DNA from: Dehalococcoidia bacterium
GTDB lineage: Bacteria; Chloroflexota; Dehalococcoidia; Lucifugimonadales; UBA3495
Assembly: GCA_965221295.1 (NCBI GenBank)
Contig: OZ244879.1
Coordinates: 3,281,603-3,345,602 of the forward strand
DNA: 64,000 nucleotides
Direction: 5' to 3'
The translations under genes were made by a program, and so were the position numbers. The notes below the pieces were generated by a model. That model saw only the letters and a list, made by a program, of their open reading frames with translations, did no database searches and was not told where the DNA came from. Below, one piece after another: positions 18,737 through 27,579 of the stretch (position 1 is the stretch's first letter; each line of letters starts with the position of its first letter).

Positions 18737-19189
18737 TTGCCGAGGTCGACAATGCGCCAGCGTAAGCGTAAGGGAAGCGGGAAGATTAAAAAAATCACTC
18801 CTCATGGGGCAATGAGTTGCGAGGTTCGCGCAGAGTTGGAATCGGCGCGCTATGTTGGCAACCCACAGCATAAACGCTGGCCAGCCGATTATGGCCTTAA
18901 TCCTCCGGCCGATCCCCGTCCCAACAAATCGCTTTGTGATGGACTACGCCCAATTAAAAAAAGAGAAGCCATCGAACTGTTCCGTTCTGGCATTGGGTTA
19001 GACATGGTAAGCGTTGATCTGGATCACCGAGGCCTGCCCAAGCGCGTATGGGCGGTTGACGAATACGGTGAAGCCTACGAGGCGATGTCGAGCGCTGATG
19101 GCAAATACCATGGGTATCGTCTTTACAGAGATCAGGATATGAGAGATCTTGTCATCGCAGAGTGGAACAGAAGGAACCAGCTACCATGA
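18737..19189 (+). CDS. Hypothetical small basic protein (possible toxin-like component)
   Basis: Low-GC ORF. Lys/Arg-rich N-terminus and C-terminal KRVWAVDEYGEAYEA...GKYHGYRLY. The start is TTG at 18737 or ATG at 18752. Confidence 0.55.
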   Translation: MPRSTMRQRKRKGSGKIKKITPHGAMSCEVRAELESARYVGNPQHKRWPADYGLNPPADPRPNKSLCDGLRPIKKREAIELFRSGIGLDMVSVDLDHRGLPKRVWAVDEYGEAYEAMSSADGKYHGYRLYRDQDMRDLVIAEWNRRNQLP

Positions 19190-20508
19190 ACGAATTGCAG
19201 ATTGCCTTGTCTCAAGAAGTTCTGGATGAGGGCCCGGACTACGAGAAGGCCACTTTTGGCTTGCTTGAAATCAAGGCGCAAGATCAAATTCTTACTGCGG
19301 CTACCAGAGCGGAAGATAACGGGAATCGTTGGGTTAGCGGCCCTTACGTTTCGGGCTATCATCTCGCGGAATGGCTGGTTTGGAACTGGTGGCGACTGAG
19401 ATGGGAACCGCCTTTGCCACGGGGAACGGCGTCCTATGATTGGAATATGAGCCACCGTATGCCCAACATCGGAGAGGGCTATTTCTGGCCCAATATCACC
19501 ATAGAGTCAGATGGCCTGCACTGCGATCTGGCCTCTCGCGGATCGGACCCTTCGGATTCTCCGTATTTTTTCTACAACGGAGCCGACTTGGCCACCATAC
19601 CGGCAAATGACTTTGAAAGCGCCGTGGACCTATTCGTAGCGTGCATCATGGACCGGCTGCGCGGTGAAGGGATTCGTGGCACCAACCTCCAGACACTGTG
19701 GGACGACTTGGCATTCGAACGGAAAGATCCGGAATCTGCCCGTTACCGACGCATTGAGGCTATGCTTGGCTTTGACCCAGACGAAGCGAAAGAGGAGATG
19801 ATTGAGGGGTACATTAGAGACAAAGACCAGCTGGGCGAAAACTCCCTGGAGGAACTTGCTGCTGCCACTTTCCGCCACATGGTGTCGGCCCTCCAAATCG
19901 CCAACGACACCAAATCTCTCGGATATGAGTTGAACGTAGCCGACGGAATCCATGTTACAGGCTCCATCCATGAGCAGTGGGGGCTGCGACCCGCCTGGCG
20001 TGTGGGTGTCGCAACAGCAACAGCGGTACGGCAAGAGGCTGGTTTTACAGACGAACCCATCAGCGACCAGAAATTGGCTGGGTTGGCGGGCATTTCAGAA
20101 AGTAGCTTGATCTCGCGCCAGTGCAGTAACAGATTGTCGTGGGTAATGCGGCAAGACGCAACCCGTAGTCGCGCGGTGTTCGGGTCGTCTTGGCATACCA
20201 ATCGGCGCTTTGCTTTGGCGCGCTTGATCGGAGACAGGTTGTTTGGTGAAAGGGGCTTCACTGTTGAGGAACCGCTGACGCCGGCGACCCGGTCGTTCAG
20301 TTACCGCCAAAAGGCTCAACGCGCATTTGCGGCGGAGCTGTTGAGTCCATGGGAACTTGTTGAAGGAATGTTGAGCAATGATTATTCCAAAGAAAACCAG
20401 AAAAAGGTCGCCGCCCATTTCGTCGTGTCGGAGATGGCCATCAGCACATCGGTGGTCAACCGGACTGGTATTGGCCGCGAAGAATTGCAACGATGGATGA
20501 CCACATAA
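19186..20508 (+). CDS. Hypothetical protein with a degenerate ImmA/IrrE (COG2856)-like C-terminal region
   Basis: The ATG at 19186 overlaps the upstream stop as ATGA. The C-terminus has RRFALARLIGDRLF ... QRAFAAELLSPWELV where active peptidases have HExxH ... E..AN.FA.E.L.P. The N-terminal ~300 aa are Trp-rich and of unknown function. Confidence 0.6.
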   Translation: MNELQIALSQEVLDEGPDYEKATFGLLEIKAQDQILTAATRAEDNGNRWVSGPYVSGYHLAEWLVWNWWRLRWEPPLPRGTASYDWNMSHRMPNIGEGYFWPNITIESDGLHCDLASRGSDPSDSPYFFYNGADLATIPANDFESAVDLFVACIMDRLRGEGIRGTNLQTLWDDLAFERKDPESARYRRIEAMLGFDPDEAKEEMIEGYIRDKDQLGENSLEELAAATFRHMVSALQIANDTKSLGYELNVADGIHVTGSIHEQWGLRPAWRVGVATATAVRQEAGFTDEPISDQKLAGLAGISESSLISRQCSNRLSWVMRQDATRSRAVFGSSWHTNRRFALARLIGDRLFGERGFTVEEPLTPATRSFSYRQKAQRAFAAELLSPWELVEGMLSNDYSKENQKKVAAHFVVSEMAISTSVVNRTGIGREELQRWMTT

Positions 20509-20541
20509 TCTATTGCTAATCCACCCCCGGAGCTACCCTGC

Positions 20542-21867
20542 ATGGCCACCAACTTCCAATCTCATTACATCCCCAACACTCCGATGGAGCAGGATGCCTT
20601 GCTGGCCTCCATTGGCCTGCCCAGCATCGATGATCTGTTCGCGGACATCCCGGACGCCTACCGCAACCCGCCTCTGGATCTGCCCGCCCCTCTGTCCGAG
20701 CTGGAAATCCAGCGTGAACTCAACGAACTGGCGGCGCGAAACCGGCCACTGGCCAGCGGCCCTTCTTTCCTCGGCGCCGGCTCCTACCACCACTTCATAC
20801 CATCCATCGTCAAGGCGATCATGACCCGGGGCGAGTTCCTGACCGCGTACACGCCCTACCAGCCTGAAGTGTCTCAGGGCACGCTGCAGGTGATCTTCGA
20901 GTTCCAGACCATGATCAGCGCCCTCTACGACATGGAGGTCGCCAACGCCGGCATGTACGACGGCGCCACCAGCCTCGCCGAGGCCGTGCTGATGGCTTGC
21001 CGCGTCACGCGGCGCCAGCATGTCATCGTCGCCGACACCGTATCGCCGGCCTACCGGCAGGTCATCGCCACCTATTGCCAGGCCCAGGGCATCACCATAG
21101 ATGCGCCGCCTCCGGACCAGATCGACGCCGCCGTAACGGAAGCCACCGCCGGAGTCGTGGCCCAATACCCCAACTTCTACGGCTCTTTGGAAGACCTGAA
21201 GGCATTGGGCGAGGCGGCCCACGCCGACGGCGCGCTTCTCGTCGTGTCAGCCGACCCGCTGGCCATGGGGGTGCTGACGCCACCCGGTCGATTCGGCGCC
21301 GACATCGTTACCGGAGAGGGTCAGCCCTTGGGCATCCCGCCATCCTTCGGCGGTCCCTACCTGGGCCTGTTCAGTTGCCAGCAGCAGTACATACGGCAGA
21401 TGCCCAGCCGGCTGGTCGGACGCACCACCGACACCGAGGGGCGCGTCGGTTACGTACTGACCCTGCAGACTCGCGAGCAGCACATCAGACGCGAGCGCGC
21501 CACCTCCAACATCTGCACCAACGAGGCCCTGTACGCTCTGGCTTCCTCAATTTACCTCGCCGCGATGGGCCGGAACGGGCTGCGCCAGGTTGCCGAACTT
21601 TGCTACCACAAGGCGCATTACGCCGCTGCCGAAATCGACAAACTGGATGGATACTCCCTACCTCAGTCCGCGGCGTTCTTCCAGGAATTCGTGGTCGCCT
21701 GCCCCAGACCACCGGCCGAAGTCAACCGGCAACTCATGAAACGCAACATCTTGGGCGGCCTGGATGTCAGCGACCGGTTCGACAACGGAATGCTGTTCTG
21801 CGTTACCGAAATGAACTCCCGCGCCGAAATCGACTCCCTGGTTTTGGCGCTCTCAGAAATCGGATGA
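20542..21867 (+). CDS. gcvPA: Glycine dehydrogenase (decarboxylating) subunit 1
   Basis: 441 aa. The N-terminus HYIPNTPMEQDALLASIGLPSIDDLFADIP and the overall content are typical of GcvPA. Confidence 0.9.
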   Translation: MATNFQSHYIPNTPMEQDALLASIGLPSIDDLFADIPDAYRNPPLDLPAPLSELEIQRELNELAARNRPLASGPSFLGAGSYHHFIPSIVKAIMTRGEFLTAYTPYQPEVSQGTLQVIFEFQTMISALYDMEVANAGMYDGATSLAEAVLMACRVTRRQHVIVADTVSPAYRQVIATYCQAQGITIDAPPPDQIDAAVTEATAGVVAQYPNFYGSLEDLKALGEAAHADGALLVVSADPLAMGVLTPPGRFGADIVTGEGQPLGIPPSFGGPYLGLFSCQQQYIRQMPSRLVGRTTDTEGRVGYVLTLQTREQHIRRERATSNICTNEALYALASSIYLAAMGRNGLRQVAELCYHKAHYAAAEIDKLDGYSLPQSAAFFQEFVVACPRPPAEVNRQLMKRNILGGLDVSDRFDNGMLFCVTEMNSRAEIDSLVLALSEIG

Positions 21868-22012
21868 CCAGACGACGCCTGAGCGCCCAGATTTCACTAA
21901 ATTGGCGACCGGCAGATGAGTGACGGATATAAACGTGGCCAGGGACCAACGCCCACCGGATTGTCAGGCCAAGTTCTTGGCTGAATTGCTTGTACTGGAG
22001 ACACATCGAAAC

Positions 22013-23482
22013 ATGCTGATCAAAGGCGGAAATCGCGATACCACCAGGATGCTCATGGACCGCAGCGTATCGGGACGTGTGGGCGTGATAACGCCGGAAC
22101 TGGACGTTCCGTCTGCGCCGCTACCGGATGCCGCCTACCTGCGCCATGACCTGTCGTTGCCCGAGGTTTCCGAACCCGAAGTGGTGCAGTACTTCACCGC
22201 GCTCAGCCAGCTCAACTTCAGCATCGACACTCATTTCTACCCCCTGGGGTCATGTACCATGAAGTACAACCCCAAGATCAACGACGAAGTGGCGTTCCTA
22301 CCCGGCTTCGCCGGCATTCATCCGCAGCAGCCGGCCGAGCAATCGCAAGGCGCGTTGGAGCTGCTGTATCGTCTCCAGGGTTTCCTGACCGAAGTAACTG
22401 GCATGGCCGCCACCAGTCTGGCCACCCTGGCCGGCGCCCACGGAGAACTCGCTGGCGTACTGATGATGCGCGCCTACCATCTGGCCCGGGGCGATTCTGG
22501 CCGCACGAAGATGGGTATACCCGACAGCGCCCACGGCACCAACCCCGCTTCGGCTGCAATGGCCGGATTCGACGTGGTAACCATCCCCTCCGACGCTGAC
22601 GGCAACACCGACCTGACCGCCCTGCGCGAAATCGCGGGAGATGACTTGGCCGGCGTTATGATCACCCTGCCCAGCACCCTGGGCCTCTTCGACACCAACA
22701 TTGTGGAGGTGTGCCGCGTAGTCCACGAGTGCGGCGGCCTGGTGTATGGCGACGGCGCCAACATGAATGCCCTGCTGGGGCGGGCCAAGTTGGGGGAGTT
22801 GGGCTTCGACGTGTGCCACCTAAACCTGCACAAGACCTTCAGCACCCCCCACGGCGGCGGCGGGCCGGGCGCGGGCCCCGTGTGCTGCGGGGAAATACTC
22901 GCGCCTTACCTCGCGGCTCCGGTGGCGCTGCGCGCTGACGGTGGCGACTACATCCTGTCGGAACCGGAGCAGAGCATCGGCAAGATCAGCGGATTCCATG
23001 GCAACTTCGGCGTCCTGGTGCGGGCCTACACCTACATCCGCACGCTGGGAGCCGCCGGGCTGCAGTCCATCAGCGGCAACGCCGTGCTCAACGCCAACTA
23101 CCTCATGCGCGAGCTCAAGGACATCTACGCGCTTCCCTACGACCGAACCTGCATGCACGAGGTGGTGTTCTCCGCAGACTGGCAGCGGGAACGGGGCGTG
23201 AGCGGCCTTGAGGTCGCCAAACGACTGCTCGATTACGGGTTCCACGCGCCGACGATGTATTTCCCGCTCATCGTGCACGAAGCGCTGATGATCGAACCCA
23301 CGGAGTCGGAGACCAAGGAAACCCTGGACGCCTTCATCGACGCTCTCAGATCCATCGACGCGGAGGCGACATCGCAACCGGAACTGGTGCAAAGCGCTCC
23401 GCATCAGACGCCAGTATCGCGCCTCGACGAAGCAACGGCCGCCCGGCGCCCAGTACTGAAGTGGGAAGCAGCCGCGGATTAA
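22013..23482 (+). CDS. gcvPB: Glycine dehydrogenase (decarboxylating) subunit 2
   Basis: PLP-enzyme content (NLHKTFSTPHGGGGPG). The start was chosen at ATG 22013; 21920 and 22049 are also possible. Confidence 0.88.
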   Translation: MLIKGGNRDTTRMLMDRSVSGRVGVITPELDVPSAPLPDAAYLRHDLSLPEVSEPEVVQYFTALSQLNFSIDTHFYPLGSCTMKYNPKINDEVAFLPGFAGIHPQQPAEQSQGALELLYRLQGFLTEVTGMAATSLATLAGAHGELAGVLMMRAYHLARGDSGRTKMGIPDSAHGTNPASAAMAGFDVVTIPSDADGNTDLTALREIAGDDLAGVMITLPSTLGLFDTNIVEVCRVVHECGGLVYGDGANMNALLGRAKLGELGFDVCHLNLHKTFSTPHGGGGPGAGPVCCGEILAPYLAAPVALRADGGDYILSEPEQSIGKISGFHGNFGVLVRAYTYIRTLGAAGLQSISGNAVLNANYLMRELKDIYALPYDRTCMHEVVFSADWQRERGVSGLEVAKRLLDYGFHAPTMYFPLIVHEALMIEPTESETKETLDAFIDALRSIDAEATSQPELVQSAPHQTPVSRLDEATAARRPVLKWEAAAD

Positions 23483-23501
23483 CGAGCTGAGATTTGGAGG
23501 G

Positions 23502-23984
23502 CTAAAACCTCCAGTTCTCGCGTTCCATCAACTGCTGCAAATTTATGCAATTGATCCCGAAGTAAGCGCACACGTTGGGTATACGAACTGCGTTAGGCCG
23601 CGACACCTCCTCCGTAACCACGAACAACGCTGACCCAGCCCCTACCTTGGCGATGATGAATGGGTCAGCGACCGGAGCGCCTTTAGTCATGGCTTTGGCG
23701 CTAATCAAGCCATTGAATTGGTTTACCGAGAATATGCGAGAAACAAATTGCTGTTCTTCGGGCGACGGCATTGTGAAAAAATTGGGTTCCAATCGCTTCA
23801 AATCCTTGACCGCCGCTTCGAGACCCGAGTGCCGCGATAATTCAGCTTCAACTTCGCTGACGGAACCTGCGCGGCCAGCCTGAATTAATTCGCTGAAATT
23901 GTCCCAGAAACTGGGAAATCGATCCCGATAGTAGAAACGGTAAATCTGGCTCAACGTATTGGTGTCAAGAGCGTAGTCCATCAT
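23502..23984 (-). CDS. DUF4411-like PIN-fold protein (putative toxin/nuclease)
   Basis: MMDYALDTNTL..FWDNF...V.EL pattern. The ATG at 23984 overlaps the upstream stop as ATGA and has GGAGG 11 nt upstream. Low GC. Confidence 0.7.
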   Translation of the reverse strand: MMDYALDTNTLSQIYRFYYRDRFPSFWDNFSELIQAGRAGSVSEVEAELSRHSGLEAAVKDLKRLEPNFFTMPSPEEQQFVSRIFSVNQFNGLISAKAMTKGAPVADPFIIAKVGAGSALFVVTEEVSRPNAVRIPNVCAYFGINCINLQQLMERENWRF

Positions 23985-25162
23985 CGCGGCGCCAGCCTCC
24001 TGGTCAACCAATTTTCGAGGCGACTGATATTGGACGCCTTTATGTTCAAGTATTCTGCCAATTGGTCGATGCCGTAGGCGCCTTGGTAATACCCTCGGAA
24101 AGCAAGGGCTGCGTACTTGACTCCCAAATACGTGCCTTGGTTTGCATAATAATCCCCTCCTTTCCGTTTACCATCATCGATAAACACCTCACTTCGCCAG
24201 TCGTTGACTTTATTGTGATAGAAGTGACTGTTGATCCAACCTTGGTCCAAATATTTTCGGAGAATGATTTCTCTGCTAACCCGATAATTCTCCGACAATC
24301 TAGCTAAAACATCGTCTGTAGGCTCGGCGCCGGCAGCTAAACCGTGAGTTCGAAGGAAATGGTCTTTGGGCACCAAAAATTCCCCAGCGAATCGGTTGCA
24401 AGCTATTTCAACCTCCCTGTCGGCGCCCTGTAGCGAGCTCAAGTAACGGTCCACTTCAGAGCGTTCCAAGTGGTTGAACCCATACAACAAGTGCGCCAGC
24501 TCATAAAACAGAGTGAATATCTGGCGCACTTTTGGCTGGCCGTTGTTCAAGTAAACTAACGGATAACGCCCTCCGTTTAGGCAAAAACCCGCGACATCAT
24601 GTTGCCTGAATGAACGTTTGAAAACCCAAACGCCCGCGGTCTGCACGGCATCCCGCCAGTAGGATAAAGCATCATCGTCTGAGGCCCAGCCGAGTTGGTC
24701 ATCAAGACCTATGCCCAAGTAGCGCCTGACCTCCGTCGCGAGTTCATCAGGGTCGGCGACCGTGGCGTTGCTCATGTCTCGTAGAATCGATCTTTCGTCC
24801 GAATCGTTGAACTCCGCTAACTCCGCCAATTCCAATTGCCGAGCTTTGGCTTCGCGCACCGCCAACCACGTGTCAGGTTCCAGGTCTTCCAGATCTTTTT
24901 CAGGGATTCTTCGAAATTCTGCGGACGGTGTTTCTTCCTCTGGCGGTTCCCACAAGAAGAACGATGCAGTCGGGCGATGGTACAAATCACGAGCCAATCG
25001 TTCCAATTGTCGCCACGTCAGGAATGCCTCTCCGGACTCCCATGCGGTAATTTCGTTTGGGGCGCGTTTCATCCGGCTGGCTACTTCTTCGACTGAATAG
25101 CCCGCCCGTTCCCGCGCCCAACGTAGCATCGCGGGGTTGATGCCTGTCGCTCGCACTACCAT
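23981..25162 (-). CDS. Xre-type HTH + ImmA/IrrE (COG2856) metallopeptidase-like protein
   Basis: N-terminal HTH (LRWARERAGYSVEEVASRM). The central region has YELAHLL in the HExxH position, followed by NRFAGEFLVP. Confidence 0.75.
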   Translation of the reverse strand: MVVRATGINPAMLRWARERAGYSVEEVASRMKRAPNEITAWESGEAFLTWRQLERLARDLYHRPTASFFLWEPPEEETPSAEFRRIPEKDLEDLEPDTWLAVREAKARQLELAELAEFNDSDERSILRDMSNATVADPDELATEVRRYLGIGLDDQLGWASDDDALSYWRDAVQTAGVWVFKRSFRQHDVAGFCLNGGRYPLVYLNNGQPKVRQIFTLFYELAHLLYGFNHLERSEVDRYLSSLQGADREVEIACNRFAGEFLVPKDHFLRTHGLAAGAEPTDDVLARLSENYRVSREIILRKYLDQGWINSHFYHNKVNDWRSEVFIDDGKRKGGDYYANQGTYLGVKYAALAFRGYYQGAYGIDQLAEYLNIKASNISRLENWLTRRLAPR

Positions 25163-25198
25163 AGCGAAACTCTGATGAGCCGGCGCTCCGGCCCCCCG

Positions 25199-26134
25199 CT
25201 ACCCGCCCTGTTCCTCCAGGGCGCGTTGCAGGTCGGCTGGGTCAACTTGCACCTCGACGCCGGAGCGCTCCTGCTGCAGCAGCATCGCCACCCGAGAATC
25301 GCGGCCAGCCCAGCCTCGGTTCAGCGCCTCGGTCATCTCGGCCAACGTGGTGTTGGCCAACTTCATCGGCACGTCGAACTCGCGACCCACCGCCACCGCC
25401 AGGTCAACGTCCTTACGCGCCAGGCGCAACGCGAAGTCCGGCGGGTCGTAGTCGTTGATCAGGAAGTGCTGAGCCAGCCCCTCGAACATCCCGCGGCGCC
25501 CGCCCGCGCCCTTGCGCACCGCCAACCACAGCGCCAATGGATCCACGCCGGCCTTGATGCCCATGGTGAACACTTCGGCCAGGGCGGTCTGCACGATGTA
25601 GCCCGCGCAATTGTGCACCAACTTGGCGACGGCGCCGCTGCCGATCGGACCCACGTAGTAGGCAGCGTCGCCGATGGAATCCAGGACCGCTTTGTGTTGG
25701 TCGAACACTGCCTTGTCGCCACCGACCCAGATGGCCAACCGGCCGCTGGAGGCTCCGGCTGGCCCGCCGCTCACCGGCGCGTCCAGCACGTTCACGCCCA
25801 AGGGAGCCACCCGGTCGTGGATCTGCCGGATCAGGGTCGGAGAGCTGGTGCTGAGGTCAAAATAGGCCTTGCCGCCAGACATGCCCGACATGATTCCGTC
25901 CTCGCCCAGCGCAACCGCCTCCACCTCCACCGGTCCGGGAAGCGAAGTGAACACCACGTCGCTGGCTTCGGCAACCTCACGCGGCGTGTCCGCCCACTGG
26001 GCCCCGGCCTCCAGGTGCTGGGTGGCCGCCTCCCGCCGGATGTCATGAACCACCATGTCGTTGCCACCGTTCAGGCAGTTGTACGCCATGCTGGCTCCCA
26101 TTGTGCCCAGGCCGATGAATCCTACTTTTGCCAT
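25199..26134 (-). CDS. NAD(P)-dependent oxidoreductase, 3-hydroxyisobutyrate dehydrogenase family
   Basis: The start was trimmed to MAKVGFIGLGTMGASMA (ATG at 26134, AGGAG upstream). The downstream content is family-typical. Confidence 0.85.
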   Translation of the reverse strand: MAKVGFIGLGTMGASMAYNCLNGGNDMVVHDIRREAATQHLEAGAQWADTPREVAEASDVVFTSLPGPVEVEAVALGEDGIMSGMSGGKAYFDLSTSSPTLIRQIHDRVAPLGVNVLDAPVSGGPAGASSGRLAIWVGGDKAVFDQHKAVLDSIGDAAYYVGPIGSGAVAKLVHNCAGYIVQTALAEVFTMGIKAGVDPLALWLAVRKGAGGRRGMFEGLAQHFLINDYDPPDFALRLARKDVDLAVAVGREFDVPMKLANTTLAEMTEALNRGWAGRDSRVAMLLQQERSGVEVQVDPADLQRALEEQGG

Positions 26135-26202
26135 AGCCAATTGTCTCCTGTAACAGTCCGGTTCTGCCGGCGCCGTCGAACGGCCCGGGGGCGTCATTCT
26201 AT

Positions 26203-26365
26203 CAGAGCGCGAACCGACCAGCGCGAGAACCCGACCAGCGCGAGAGCACGGCCAGCGCGAGAGCACGGCCAGCGCGAGAGCACGGCCAGCGCGAGAGCAC
26301 GGCCAGCGCGAGAACCCGGCCAGCGCGAGAACCCGGCCAGCGCGAGAACCCGACCAGCGCGGCGA
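26203..26365. repeat. About 9 x 17-bp tandem repeat in an intergenic spacer
   Basis: Units CAGCGCGAGA(G/A)C(A/C)CG(G/A)C start at 26219, 26236, 26253, 26270, 26287, 26304, 26321, 26338 and 26355. A degenerate unit lies at 26203. Confidence 0.95.
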
Positions 26366-26461
26366 AACAACTGGCAGAAGGGAGCCTCGGAGCCAGGGGG
26401 CCGACGGATACCGGATGGCGAGGGGCGCCGCAGGCGGGTCAGCTCTAGGGCCTTCCTGCCG

Positions 26462-27202
26462 TCAGCGCGGGGCGTTGGCGTTCGCCGGCTGATTCCGACG
26501 GTTGGCTGAAGTTTCGCCCAATACGATGCTGCGTCCGGTGTCGGTTACCCGGTAGTGTCCGGATTTGCCGGGGATGCGTTCGAGCCAGCGGAATTTGGTG
26601 CGCGCGGCGTTGCGCAGCGTCTGCACGAAGCTGTGCGGAATGGACCACCCGGCCAGGGTAAAGAGCCGTTCCAACTCTTCGGGGTCAACGCTCCTCACCG
26701 CCAGGTGGCGGTCGGCGGCCTCGGCGGCGACCACCACACGCCGCATGTCGCCCAGCGGATTGACGCGCTGGCAAAAGGCGATGAACTCGTGCTCGTCCGG
26801 GCCGGAAGGAACAAAGGCCGCTACTGGCGCGGCAGCCGGCGGCGGTGGCGGTGGCGGCTGGGTGGGTTCGTTGGCGACCGGTTGGCGACCGACCGCAGGC
26901 AGGGATGGCGGCGGCGCGTCGTAGCCAGGCGGGTGGTTGCCGTTGGCGGAGTCTCGCGCCGGATCCATTCCGTTGACCACCGGTTGGGGTTGGACCGAAG
27001 GTGAACCGTGGTCTTTGGACAGCCCGCCGTCGTCGCGGGTTACGGAGTCGGATACGCTGCCGTTCGACTCCCTCGCGGCTTGATGCGCCGCGCCGTTGAG
27101 GTGCGGCATGGTGGAATACAAGACCTCCCGCACCAGGTCTCTGTCGTCGGCTTCGATGGATACCTGAGCCCCCGACGGCAATGTGATATTGAGTTTGATC
27201 AT
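26462..27202 (-). CDS. Hypothetical protein with a proline-rich linker
   Basis: 246-aa ORF. Small N-terminal domain, PPPPPPP linker, and a C-terminal basic domain. No family recognised. Confidence 0.5.
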   Translation of the reverse strand: MIKLNITLPSGAQVSIEADDRDLVREVLYSTMPHLNGAAHQAARESNGSVSDSVTRDDGGLSKDHGSPSVQPQPVVNGMDPARDSANGNHPPGYDAPPPSLPAVGRQPVANEPTQPPPPPPPAAAPVAAFVPSGPDEHEFIAFCQRVNPLGDMRRVVVAAEAADRHLAVRSVDPEELERLFTLAGWSIPHSFVQTLRNAARTKFRWLERIPGKSGHYRVTDTGRSIVLGETSANRRNQPANANAPR

Positions 27203-27535
27203 TCCCTGCCACCCAACGCCGGTGAAGCTACCGATAGCCTCTCAGCGGCTGCGTAATTCGCCATGCAACAGCGGTTCCCTGGTCCACTGTTCCCTAGCCC
27301 AATGGTAATGTACCTCAGAAGGTCGCGCAAGGCGGGAGACAGACCACGTGTTCCCGGTTTTCGCAAACTGTCTTGGCGGACCCGGCGTGACGATCTCGTT
27401 GACCACAACTGATGACCGTTCGGCTCCGCCTCTGACGACCGTTGGCCTTAGCAACGCGATAGCCATGTCGCCGCCGTTCTTCGCAATCAAATTGAGTAAT
27501 GCCCAACCAGCAGTAACCCTGCCCCCGCAGCCAAC

Positions 27536-27579
27536 GGGGCCCATAGAACTAGGATCGCTCCCAGGGTTCTATGGGGCCC
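27536..27579 (-). terminator. Perfect 14-bp inverted repeat spanning the stop codon of the glycosylase gene (possible terminator or processing hairpin)
   Basis: GGGGCCCATAGAAC, 16-nt loop, GTTCTATGGGGCCC. No U-tract follows. Confidence 0.35.

Noticed and set aside
20509-20541. Glycine riboswitch upstream of gcvPA.
   Set aside because: Only 33 nt separate the preceding stop from the gcvPA start, which is far too short for the riboswitch.
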